Shown here: positions 20,560-28,993 of the stretch, piece after piece | Numbering within the stretch: the first letter of the stretch is position 1 | Layout of the letters: every line of letters begins with the position of its first letter | DNA from: an uncultured Bacilli bacterium | GTDB lineage: Bacteria; Bacillota_I; Bacilli_A; RF39; UBA660 | Length of the DNA stretch: 61,468 nt | Assembly (NCBI GenBank): GCA_944358355.1 | Contig: CALVQY010000001.1 | Coordinates: forward strand, 1 to 61,468 | Reading direction: 5' to 3' | Made by a program: the position numbers and the translations under genes | Notes under the pieces: model-generated | What the model was told of the DNA's origin: nothing | What the model saw: only the letters and a program-made list of their open reading frames with translations | The model's database searches: none

Positions 20560-21153
20560 ATGACGAAGAAAAACACTACTGAACTAGGTAAATATATAAG
20601 TGAGGCTAGAGAAAAAGTTGGTATTTCTCAAAGAGAACTTGCTCGTAGATCTAATATGGACTGTGCAGAAGTATCACGTATTGAATCTGGGAAAAGAAAG
20701 AAACCTAATATTTTATATTTAAAAGGAATCTCTGAAACATTAGGATTAAGTTTAGTAAAATTAATGAAATTAGCTGGCTATAATGATGTAGAAATAAATT
20801 GGGGAAAAGATTTTAGTGATAGACGTTCTACTGCTGACTATCAAGCCCAAATAAAGTCTTATGAAAAGTTTTATTTTGATGTTTTAGATGATATAGAACA
20901 AAGACGTAAAAACGACTTTGCTTGTAAAGGAATAATAACTGATTTAATAGGCAAAATAGAAAATAAAGGACTTTCTAATGATGAAATATTAGAAAGCCTA
21001 AATGAAATATTAACAACAATAAAACCTAACTTAGAAAAATTTGATAAAGCAAAATATCCTAAATTTGATAGAGGTGTATTTCCTAAAATGGAAATTAATA
21101 CCAATACTAAATTAAATACACTTGTAGGAAAATTTACAGATAAAGAAAAATAA
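20560..21153 (+). CDS. XRE-family transcriptional regulator with a ~120-aa C-terminal extension (candidate element repressor)
   Basis: 197 aa. HTH LGKYISEAREKVGISQRELARRSNMDCAEVSRIESGKRK. It is divergent from the two winged-helix genes across a promoter-rich 155-bp spacer. Confidence 0.8.
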   Translation: MTKKNTTELGKYISEAREKVGISQRELARRSNMDCAEVSRIESGKRKKPNILYLKGISETLGLSLVKLMKLAGYNDVEINWGKDFSDRRSTADYQAQIKSYEKFYFDVLDDIEQRRKNDFACKGIITDLIGKIENKGLSNDEILESLNEILTTIKPNLEKFDKAKYPKFDRGVFPKMEINTNTKLNTLVGKFTDKEK

Positions 21154-21271
21154 CCTTTTTGCTTTTTAGCAATAAGGCTATTTTTATGCAACAATATTAT
21201 ATTGTACCTCTTTGTAATATGTTACTAATTGGGGTTTCAAAAGGAAACTACCTTTGCCCACATTCGTTATT
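21141..21271 (+). repeat. repeat family X, copy 1 (3' end of the XRE gene + terminator hairpin + ~85 bp); partner at 32905-33033
   Basis: About 130 bp at about 90% identity by eye. The terminator stem shows a compensatory pair change (TTGC..GCAA versus TTAC..GTAA). Confidence 0.8.
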
Positions 21272-21341
21272 GGCTCTGCCAATATCGTAGTGGGTTACTA
21301 AAATGGCATTTTAGTCCATTCTAACAAATCATATTTTATAA

Positions 21342-23534
21342 TTATTTTTTTATAATACTCTTATCTGCGTTTTTAATCATGCTAGTTGACAAAGGTTTTG
21401 TTAAAGGTTCAGTGTATAAAACATCCAAACTATGTAAAGCTCTAGTCATAGCTACATATAATAACTTCATATCATTTTGATTAGTTGAAGAATAGAACTG
21501 TTCTGATGCGTTAGTAATAATCACACCATCAAACTCTAAACCTTTTGACAACTCGCTTGTTAAAATACATATACCACCATTATATTCAGAATCATCACTT
21601 GTTATTAAAGTTGTATTAAAGTTTTCATTATCTAAATATAATTTTATTTTTGCACAATCTTCAACATTTCTACATATGATACCAACAGATTTATAATCTT
21701 TATCTGAATATTGATATAATAATTCAGATATTCTCGTATTTATATCTTGTGTTTCTTCCTTCATATACTCAACTTCAGTTCCTGTTCTTATAACAGGATT
21801 TGCTTCGCTCATATTTAAATATCTTAAAATCTGATTTGCTGATCTTGTTATTTCCATTGTTGTTCTATAGCTCTTACTTAGTTGTAATATTTCACAATTA
21901 GAGTTAAAAATCTGTTTTTGAACATCTTCCCAAGAATCTACACCACGGCTTGGATATATTGATTGTGCTAAATCCCCAAAAATAGAAAATGTAGCATCAC
22001 TAAAAATCATTTTTAAAATATAATAATGAAACATACCTAAATCTTGAGCTTCGTCAACAATAACGTGAGCATATTTTTTAAATACTTCTTGTTGATTTCC
22101 ATTATTTAAAATATCAATATACATCAAAGATGGCAAATCTTCAAAATAAAACTTTTTCGATTTAATAGAGTTTAAAGTCTGTTTCTTAAGCAATTCAATT
22201 TCATCATGGCTTAAATTTTCTATGCAACTAACATTAGATACAAATTTTTTATATAAATTTAAAGTTGTAATTTTCAAAGGTTTAAAATAGTTTTTAATAG
22301 TTTTAGAACATCCTGTTTTTAATTCTTTCTTTATTTCGTCCAATTTATTCATAATATTTCTTTTTTCTTCAGACCCATTTGGAAGAGTAGATAACTCATC
22401 TTTATATTTTGATCTTACTAATTCATAAAGTCGCTCATTATCTTCCTTTATTTTTTGTATTAAAATTCTTTGTATATTAGTAGCTGTCACAGAAAAGCCA
22501 TTAATATCTCTAAAGTATGACTTTATACTATCCTCTGAAATTATTTCCATGCCATCGATTTCAATACCAGAAGAGAGAGAATTATTAACATATGTAGATA
22601 TATATGTATCAATTGCATTTTTATAATCAATTGATGTTTTTGCTTTTAAAACCTTTATTTCATTTTGATTATTAATCTTTTTAGAATTAATAATACTTAT
22701 TTTATCATCAAAAAAATATGTTGAAAAATCATCAAAAGTAAATTGACTAATATTTTCAGTATCTAAATCAGGTAATAATGCTGAAATATAATTTAAAAAA
22801 TACTTATTTGGGCCTATAATAATGAAATTTTCAGCTGTATATTTATCTTCATTATATATAAGATATGCAGCTCTATGTAAAGCTACTGTAGTTTTACCAC
22901 TACCAGCAACTCCTTGTACAATAATATTATCATTAAGTGGACGTCTAATAATCGCATTTTGTTCAGCCTGAATTGATGCAACAATATTTTTTAATCTTGC
23001 ATCTGCATTAGTTGTCAAAAAAGGTACTAATAACTCATCATCAGTAACTAAATCTGTATCCCTTACGCTAACTAACTTACCATCTTTAATAAAGATTTGA
23101 CTTTTTAAATTTAATTTTCCTGTAATAATACCTTCAGGTGCTTGATATTGAACATTACCAATACTTTGATCATAATATAATGTACAAACTGGAGTACGCC
23201 AATCGGTAGTTAAAATATTATTGTTTTCATCTGTTATAGTTGTTTTCCCTATATATATTTTATTATTATTTTTCGAACCATCTCTTTGAAAATCAATTCT
23301 ACCAAAATAAGGATTTAATTCTAAATTTTTTAATTTAGATAATCTTTTAATAATCATATCCTGTAAATGTTTAACTAAATCTTCATCTCCCCATTTTACT
23401 TCAGCATACCTTCCTTTATATTTATTAGGTATCTCTTCAAATTCTTTATTTTGATAAACTTTTTCCTCTTCTATTCTTTTTTGAACTTTTAATAAATACT
23501 CTTTTTCAATGTTAAATCTTTCATTATCTTTCAT
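21342..23534 (-). CDS. helD: HelD-type UvrD-like (superfamily 1) helicase / RNA polymerase-associated ATPase
   Basis: 730 aa. N-terminal block YFGRIDF...YIGKTTI......TDWRTPVCTLYY is characteristic of HelD/helicase IV. Walker A GVAGSGKTTVALHRAAYL, DEAQD Walker B and a C-terminal UvrD_C block (LYVAMTRALHSL). Confidence 0.8.
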   Translation of the reverse strand: MKDNERFNIEKEYLLKVQKRIEEEKVYQNKEFEEIPNKYKGRYAEVKWGDEDLVKHLQDMIIKRLSKLKNLELNPYFGRIDFQRDGSKNNNKIYIGKTTITDENNNILTTDWRTPVCTLYYDQSIGNVQYQAPEGIITGKLNLKSQIFIKDGKLVSVRDTDLVTDDELLVPFLTTNADARLKNIVASIQAEQNAIIRRPLNDNIIVQGVAGSGKTTVALHRAAYLIYNEDKYTAENFIIIGPNKYFLNYISALLPDLDTENISQFTFDDFSTYFFDDKISIINSKKINNQNEIKVLKAKTSIDYKNAIDTYISTYVNNSLSSGIEIDGMEIISEDSIKSYFRDINGFSVTATNIQRILIQKIKEDNERLYELVRSKYKDELSTLPNGSEEKRNIMNKLDEIKKELKTGCSKTIKNYFKPLKITTLNLYKKFVSNVSCIENLSHDEIELLKKQTLNSIKSKKFYFEDLPSLMYIDILNNGNQQEVFKKYAHVIVDEAQDLGMFHYYILKMIFSDATFSIFGDLAQSIYPSRGVDSWEDVQKQIFNSNCEILQLSKSYRTTMEITRSANQILRYLNMSEANPVIRTGTEVEYMKEETQDINTRISELLYQYSDKDYKSVGIICRNVEDCAKIKLYLDNENFNTTLITSDDSEYNGGICILTSELSKGLEFDGVIITNASEQFYSSTNQNDMKLLYVAMTRALHSLDVLYTEPLTKPLSTSMIKNADKSIIKK

Positions 23535-23558
23535 TACATATTCCCCCTAAAAATCATA

Positions 23559-23981
23559 CTACAATTCTATAAATTCATTATTATAAGCTTTCATTATCAT
23601 ATCTTTTGCTAAAATATCAATATCATCTAAATCTTCAATTTTAACTTTTTTAATCTCATAAAAATTTTCTTCGCAACATCTTTTCAATTCCTCTCCTCCT
23701 AACATTGGTGTTCCTGTTACTATTTTACAACTAAAAAAATGTGCAATTGAGTCATTTCCTTCATCTACTCCTAAATACCCAATAATATCAACATCCACGG
23801 AAAACTCCTCTTTTAATTCACGTTTTACATTTTCTTCCAAAGTTTCACCTTGCTTTATCCCACCTCCAGGTATTACATAGTATTCTTTTATACTTCCATC
23901 CTCTTTAATTCTCCTTCTAAACATAGCATACACTTTATCACCATCTATTATAATACCACGCGCACTTACTCTTTTTTCCAT
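23559..23981 (-). CDS. NUDIX hydrolase
   Basis: 140 aa. Nudix box GGGIKQGETLEENVKRELKEEFSV (G-x5-E-x7-REUxEExGU). Confidence 0.9.
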   Translation of the reverse strand: MEKRVSARGIIIDGDKVYAMFRRRIKEDGSIKEYYVIPGGGIKQGETLEENVKRELKEEFSVDVDIIGYLGVDEGNDSIAHFFSCKIVTGTPMLGGEELKRCCEENFYEIKKVKIEDLDDIDILAKDMIMKAYNNEFIEL

Positions 23982-25636
23982 TGTTTATCCTCCTTTAATT
24001 CTTCACTGATTAATGCCAACACAGTTTCACCAAAAAACAAAATATTATGTTGGACTTCTATAGGGTTTTTAATAGCATAGATTATATCAAAATCTGCTAT
24101 TTTTGTCAAAGTGTTTATCTTTCCAATTTCTTTCAAATATTTTTTCAAATCATTAAGTACTCTTTCATATCCGAAAGAAAATATTCTCTTTGTATTTAAA
24201 AAACATTTTATTAATACAAGTAACTTTTTTAAATACTTTTTATCAATACTAACTTTATTGTTAATTATATCTATATGTAACCTTCTACATTCGTGTAATA
24301 CATTAGGCAAATTTTCTGTATCATTTTGTACAATATAGCTATAATCAATTTTATTTTTTATAATTTTTCCATATAAAGTTGGATTTACTTGATAGTTTTG
24401 TTTTTCATAAAGCATAACTTTTGTTTTACCATCTATCCACCCAGTATTAAATTCGTTTTTTGAATATACTGTTAACCCTATATGAATTTTAAATTTTTCC
24501 AATTTTTTAGTAAAAATAACAACTTCATTTACTACATATTTATTCAATATTATATATATATCTATATCTGAACAACCAACTACAATTTCATTTTTCCCAC
24601 CAGAGCCTCCTAAAATAATGCAACTAAGATTATCCTTGAATTGATTAATTGCTAATTGCACTGTAGCTTTAATAGTTATTTTATATTCTAATGGAAAATT
24701 TATATACTTATACTTTTTTAAGATACTATCAATTTTAATAGAGATATTATTAGATTTTTCTACTATAATTTTATCAATCAAACCCTTAAGAGAAAAATTT
24801 ATATTTTCTTTTACATAAGAATCTAAATGATTATATTTTATATTTAATCTTTTATAAAAATATTCTACTATTTTTATTTTGTCTTCTTGTAAAATATTAG
24901 ACTTTAAAAATAAATCTACTAAATTATAAGTGTGTAATATAAAATCATTCATTCGATTAATTTCAGATTGATAATCGTTCTTTGTTACAGCACTATTCTC
25001 TCTTTTTATATACTTATATAACTCTATATTATTTGAAGAAACTGTAGGAGAATTAAAAATTAAAATAGGCATCATCCCATAATCTTCATGTAATGTATTT
25101 TCCAAAAACGATAAATTTGTTTGACAGAAATTTTCTCTATTTATAACATATGACCAAGGTGTTGCAAAAATCCTATTAGATTCACAAAAATATAATAATG
25201 CTTTTAACCCATCTATATTATCAAAGTATGGTAAATCAAAACGACAATCATACTCTTTGTTTTCAACACATTGTACAGAGCATTTTAATAAATCAACAGG
25301 ATATTGTTTTAAATAATTATCAACTTTAACTATTGAATTAGGCACTAACTCATCATCAGAATCTAAAAAAATAAAATAATCACCATGACATTTAGATATA
25401 CCAATATTTCTAGCGACAGAAATACCCTGATGAGAAATTTTATAGTAATTAATTATTTTAGATAAATTATTTTGCCTAATAAATTGCAAAACAACTTCAC
25501 TAGACAAATCTTCAGAGCCATCATCAATAATAACTATTTCTATATCATTAGACTGTTTCAAAACAGATTTAATACTATTTAATATGGTATTTTCTGAATT
25601 ATACATAGGAATAACAATACTATATCTATATTTCAT
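23966..25636 (-). CDS. fusion protein: N-terminal family-2 glycosyltransferase + C-terminal Pol-beta-superfamily nucleotidyltransferase-like domain
   Basis: 556 aa. GT2: YSIVIPMYNSE...VIIDDGSEDLS...FLDSDDE. C-terminal half: ILGGSGGKNEIVVGCSDIDIYIIL fits the hG[GS]-x9-13-D-h-D-h minimal NTase signature and is followed by a helical region. Confidence 0.7.
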   Translation of the reverse strand: MKYRYSIVIPMYNSENTILNSIKSVLKQSNDIEIVIIDDGSEDLSSEVVLQFIRQNNLSKIINYYKISHQGISVARNIGISKCHGDYFIFLDSDDELVPNSIVKVDNYLKQYPVDLLKCSVQCVENKEYDCRFDLPYFDNIDGLKALLYFCESNRIFATPWSYVINRENFCQTNLSFLENTLHEDYGMMPILIFNSPTVSSNNIELYKYIKRENSAVTKNDYQSEINRMNDFILHTYNLVDLFLKSNILQEDKIKIVEYFYKRLNIKYNHLDSYVKENINFSLKGLIDKIIVEKSNNISIKIDSILKKYKYINFPLEYKITIKATVQLAINQFKDNLSCIILGGSGGKNEIVVGCSDIDIYIILNKYVVNEVVIFTKKLEKFKIHIGLTVYSKNEFNTGWIDGKTKVMLYEKQNYQVNPTLYGKIIKNKIDYSYIVQNDTENLPNVLHECRRLHIDIINNKVSIDKKYLKKLLVLIKCFLNTKRIFSFGYERVLNDLKKYLKEIGKINTLTKIADFDIIYAIKNPIEVQHNILFFGETVLALISEELKEDKQWKKE

Positions 25637-26261
25637 TTTTTAACACCTTCATTAACCTTTTTTCATTAATTACATCTTCATTATTTAATATTTTAACACT
25701 GTGTTTTATTTCATCTAAACTATTAGGATTAGGACCATGAATTTGATTGAAAAATATCATTTTATATGCTGAATCATCATAAAGAAAATTAGCAGGAAAT
25801 TTTTTTATATCAACCTTTAGTCCCGACAAATCAATATCATATAATGGTTTGTCAAAAGTTATATCATCTTCATTTAAAAATTTTAAATAGTATAAATCAG
25901 TATTACTTACATACTTTTTTCTTATATCCTTCTTTAATTGATATAATTTTTGTAATGATGTGGTTATATTATCATTATTTATATCATTTATATTAAAAAG
26001 AACAACAATTCCATTATTTTTAGGATAAATATGATAATAACCCATAATAGATGTGAGCAATTTTTTTCGAAGTTCTAAACAATTACCACTACTCATCATA
26101 ACATCATATTCATATATCATAGATGCTATTTTTGTCCAATTATCCATATAATATAATTTAATACTTTTAATATTTTCAATATTAATTACATTTTTAAAAT
26201 AATATCTAAGTGATACCTCATTGTTAAGAGCATCTGGTTTTATAATATTAATTACATTCAT
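25626..26261 (-). CDS. divergent nucleoside-diphosphate-kinase-like protein
   Basis: 211 aa. N-terminal IIKPDA and C-terminal NQIHGPNPNSLDEIKHSVKIL mirror the NDK motifs (M/I)IKPDG and N.IHGSDS...A..EI..WF, with a ~60-aa insertion between them. By-eye assignment only. Confidence 0.45.
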   Translation of the reverse strand: MNVINIIKPDALNNEVSLRYYFKNVINIENIKSIKLYYMDNWTKIASMIYEYDVMMSSGNCLELRKKLLTSIMGYYHIYPKNNGIVVLFNINDINNDNITTSLQKLYQLKKDIRKKYVSNTDLYYLKFLNEDDITFDKPLYDIDLSGLKVDIKKFPANFLYDDSAYKMIFFNQIHGPNPNSLDEIKHSVKILNNEDVINEKRLMKVLKNEI

Positions 26262-27325
26262 ACAACCTCCATATTAGATAGCATATTTTCAAAAATCAAT
26301 AAAACATTACTATCATTTTTGTTAAATAAATAATAAAAATATTCTACTAAATAAATTGAATAGAAATAATCATTATACTCCATTTCCTCTATATTAAATA
26401 CACATAATAATCTCATTATAATATAATATTTAACATCACTACTAATACATATTTTATTTTTTTTTAAAATATTAATATATCTAAGAACATACTCTTTTCT
26501 AATATTACTACTTTTATATATACAATTTATCTCGATGGAGTTCATATTATTAATTATTATAAAAGGCTCAAATAAAATATATTGTTGAAGTGCTTTTTCA
26601 TGCAAAAAATAAGATTTAGAATGATATTTAGGACAAAAATAATTATCATAAAATAATGTAGATATAAACATAATAGCAAACTCACCAATTATACTATTAT
26701 ATCCAGCAGTAACCAAATCAAAAAAGCATGGTTTTATAGAAATATTTAAAGTATTAGGATCTCCTTGACTAAAAAAACACATTTTCTCATTTTCCTTTTC
26801 AAAATATTCAACAACTTCATCTATAATCATATTAATGCTTTTACATCTTTTTCCATTAATAAATATAATTTTAGAAAAATCATTATCATCCTTATACCAT
26901 TTTTTTAGTCTATTCTTAATCCTACCTTTAAAAAATCTGTCATTTGCACTATAATCTAAAATTTTTGTATATTTTAAATTAATATCATAAACAGATAAAA
27001 TATCATTCATTTTATTAATAACATTTATATTTATACTCGCTTCTTTATCATTTTTGACTAATAAATCATTAAGCAAACCTTTATTTTTTTCTACAGTATC
27101 TTCGTATTCATATATGATTACATACTTATTATCTTTCAAAAAGTTATAATATATCATCTTTTTTATAGGTAATTTATTTATTGCAAGTTTATATCCATTC
27201 AATTCATCTTGATAATCTGATTTATTAAGTACTTTATAAAAGTATTTTTTATCATTATAAATAAAATTTCCATTTATTGAATTATTCTGTTTATTAACAA
27301 TAAATTTTAACTTATCCTTTTTCAT
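26258..27325 (-). CDS. APH/choline-kinase-like small-molecule phosphotransferase
   Basis: 355 aa. Putative beta3 Lys (YFYKV), hinge IIYEYED, catalytic-loop-like SQGDPNTLNI (compare HGDxxxxN) and metal-binding FFDLVTAG. By-eye assignment. Confidence 0.45.
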   Translation of the reverse strand: MKKDKLKFIVNKQNNSINGNFIYNDKKYFYKVLNKSDYQDELNGYKLAINKLPIKKMIYYNFLKDNKYVIIYEYEDTVEKNKGLLNDLLVKNDKEASININVINKMNDILSVYDINLKYTKILDYSANDRFFKGRIKNRLKKWYKDDNDFSKIIFINGKRCKSINMIIDEVVEYFEKENEKMCFFSQGDPNTLNISIKPCFFDLVTAGYNSIIGEFAIMFISTLFYDNYFCPKYHSKSYFLHEKALQQYILFEPFIIINNMNSIEINCIYKSSNIRKEYVLRYINILKKNKICISSDVKYYIIMRLLCVFNIEEMEYNDYFYSIYLVEYFYYLFNKNDSNVLLIFENMLSNMEVV

Positions 27326-27338
27326 ATTACACCTTACA

Positions 27339-28067
27339 CTAATTCATTAAACTACGACCACCATCTACAACAAAGATACTGCCAGTTGTATATCTAGAAA
27401 AAACCTCTAATATCGTTTTAATAAATACAGCTATTTCATCAGGAAGAAAAATCTTCTTGAGTGGAACTTTAGCTAGTGCCACTTCCTTTTCCTCCTTATT
27501 ATAATTCCAAGAAGCATTCATATCTGTTTCTACTGCACCAAATGAAATTGCATTAATAGTAATATTTCTAGGAGCAAACTCTAATGCCAATTCTTTAGTC
27601 AAAATTTCCAAGGCACTTTTTGAGGAATCATATGCATATTTATTTGTTCTAGGTACATTTGAATGTATTGAAAGTACATTTAATATAAATAAGTTTGACT
27701 GTACATATTTTGTAACCGCCGATATACAATTACAAGTTCCTATATAATTATTTTTCATTATATATAAATAATCTTTATCGTTATAATGTGAAAAATCAGA
27801 TATCATTTGTTTAGAAGCATTATTTACAAGAATATCTATATGTTGTCTTTCACTATATATTTCATAAACTACTTTATCTACTTCTGCATAACTCGATATA
27901 TCACATTTTTTAAAAAAAATATTTATAGAATCAAAATATTTTACATTTGAATCATCTGTATCTAATATATAAATATAATTATCAATCGATAGTAATTCAG
28001 CTACTGCCTTCCCAATACCATTTGCTCCACCAGTTATGATAATAATATTATTACGTAAGCGACTCAT
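27339..28067 (-). CDS. short-chain dehydrogenase/reductase (SDR)
   Basis: 242 aa. TGGANGIGKAVA cofactor motif, NNAS, and the catalytic YDSSK (YxxxK). Confidence 0.9.
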   Translation of the reverse strand: MSRLRNNIIIITGGANGIGKAVAELLSIDNYIYILDTDDSNVKYFDSINIFFKKCDISSYAEVDKVVYEIYSERQHIDILVNNASKQMISDFSHYNDKDYLYIMKNNYIGTCNCISAVTKYVQSNLFILNVLSIHSNVPRTNKYAYDSSKSALEILTKELALEFAPRNITINAISFGAVETDMNASWNYNKEEKEVALAKVPLKKIFLPDEIAVFIKTILEVFSRYTTGSIFVVDGGRSLMN

Positions 28068-28121
28068 TTATATCCACCTCTTTGCCAAAAAGGTTTGGTG
28101 ATATAACCAAACTTAAAAAAT

Positions 28122-28150
28122 ATAATAATAACATACTACATTTTTGTCAA
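28122..28150 (-). promoter_or_regulatory. sigma-A-type promoter of the SDR-to-helD operon
   Basis: The minus strand reads TTGACA (28150-28145), a 17-nt spacer, then TATTAT (28127-28122). The leader contains a small hairpin TTTGGT..ACCAAA followed by CCTTTTT before the RBS AGAGGTGGA. Confidence 0.6.
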
Positions 28151-28169
28151 CATTTTTTTTAACAATTAG

Positions 28170-28478
28170 TTACCTAATAAAATCATCTAATTTTTTATCT
28201 AAAATAATAGATAATTTAACTAGCTTTTCTAAAGGTATCATCTTAGTACTATCATTCTCACTTTCAAATCTCTTATAATGATTATGATTATAATCTAAAA
28301 GTGCTGAAATATTCTCAGTAGAATATGGATTAATAGATGTATTTAAGTTTTGTTTCTTAAACTCATTATATTTTTCTAAACGAAACTTCTTAATATTTCT
28401 ACAAATATTAACATACATTTCTTCTTTATTTACATTTTGTAATAAATCTTGTAACTCTTGAAAACTATGAATAGCCAT
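28170..28478 (-). CDS. small protein with a degenerate XRE-like HTH
   Basis: 102 aa. ICRNIKKFRLEKY...STENISALL resembles a Cro/C1 HTH. Weak. Confidence 0.4.
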   Translation of the reverse strand: MAIHSFQELQDLLQNVNKEEMYVNICRNIKKFRLEKYNEFKKQNLNTSINPYSTENISALLDYNHNHYKRFESENDSTKMIPLEKLVKLSIILDKKLDDFIR

Positions 28479-28587
28479 TTTACCACCCTCTCATTTAATT
28501 ATGACATTTTAGAGTTTTTAAAATAGCCACATATTCACGCAATTAATGTATTGAAAAGTAAATAATTAATGATATAATTAAAGTGGC

Positions 28588-28615
28588 ACAAAAAAAGAAT
28601 ATATAGCATATTCTT
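28588..28615 (-). terminator. intrinsic terminator of the 28614-28886 XRE gene
   Basis: AAGAATAT (28595-28602) pairs with ATATTCTT (28608-28615), a perfect 8-bp stem. The minus strand continues with a U run. Confidence 0.65.
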
Positions 28616-28886
28616 ATCGTCTTGGAATACGATGATTAACAACTGGAGTTCTTTCTACAAATAATTGTTCTAAAGATACTCCAAGAGTATCAGCAATATG
28701 TCCAATATAATCTATTCTCGTATTACGTTTAGCATTTTCTATATTAGAAACATAAGTAGGAGTAGTCCCAAGTTCATCTGCAAAATCTTCTTGAGACCAA
28801 TTCTTTTTAAGTCTAAAATAAACTATATTATTCGCTAATATTTTACGAGCTTGATTTTCATAATGTTTACTCTTAATAACCATCAC
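28614..28886 (-). CDS. XRE-family HTH transcriptional regulator
   Basis: 90 aa. ILANNIVYFRLKKNWSQEDFADELGTTPTYVSNIENAKRNTRIDYIGHIADTLGVSLEQLF. Confidence 0.85.
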   Translation of the reverse strand: MMVIKSKHYENQARKILANNIVYFRLKKNWSQEDFADELGTTPTYVSNIENAKRNTRIDYIGHIADTLGVSLEQLFVERTPVVNHRIPRR

Positions 28887-28898
28887 ATCTTTTCTTTT

Positions 28899-28960
28899 TA
28901 ACTTACTAACATTGTAATAAGTTTATATTCTTTAAACCATACTAACTATGTAGTAAGTTA
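28899..28960. promoter_or_regulatory. 10-bp perfect inverted repeat (candidate operator pair) in the divergent promoter region
   Basis: TAACTTACTA (28899-28908) and TAGTAAGTTA (28951-28960). The right arm overlaps TATAAT (28959-28964) of the plus-strand gene. Confidence 0.5.
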
Positions 28961-28993
28961 TAATTACATATTAATAAAAAAGAAAAGAGATAA

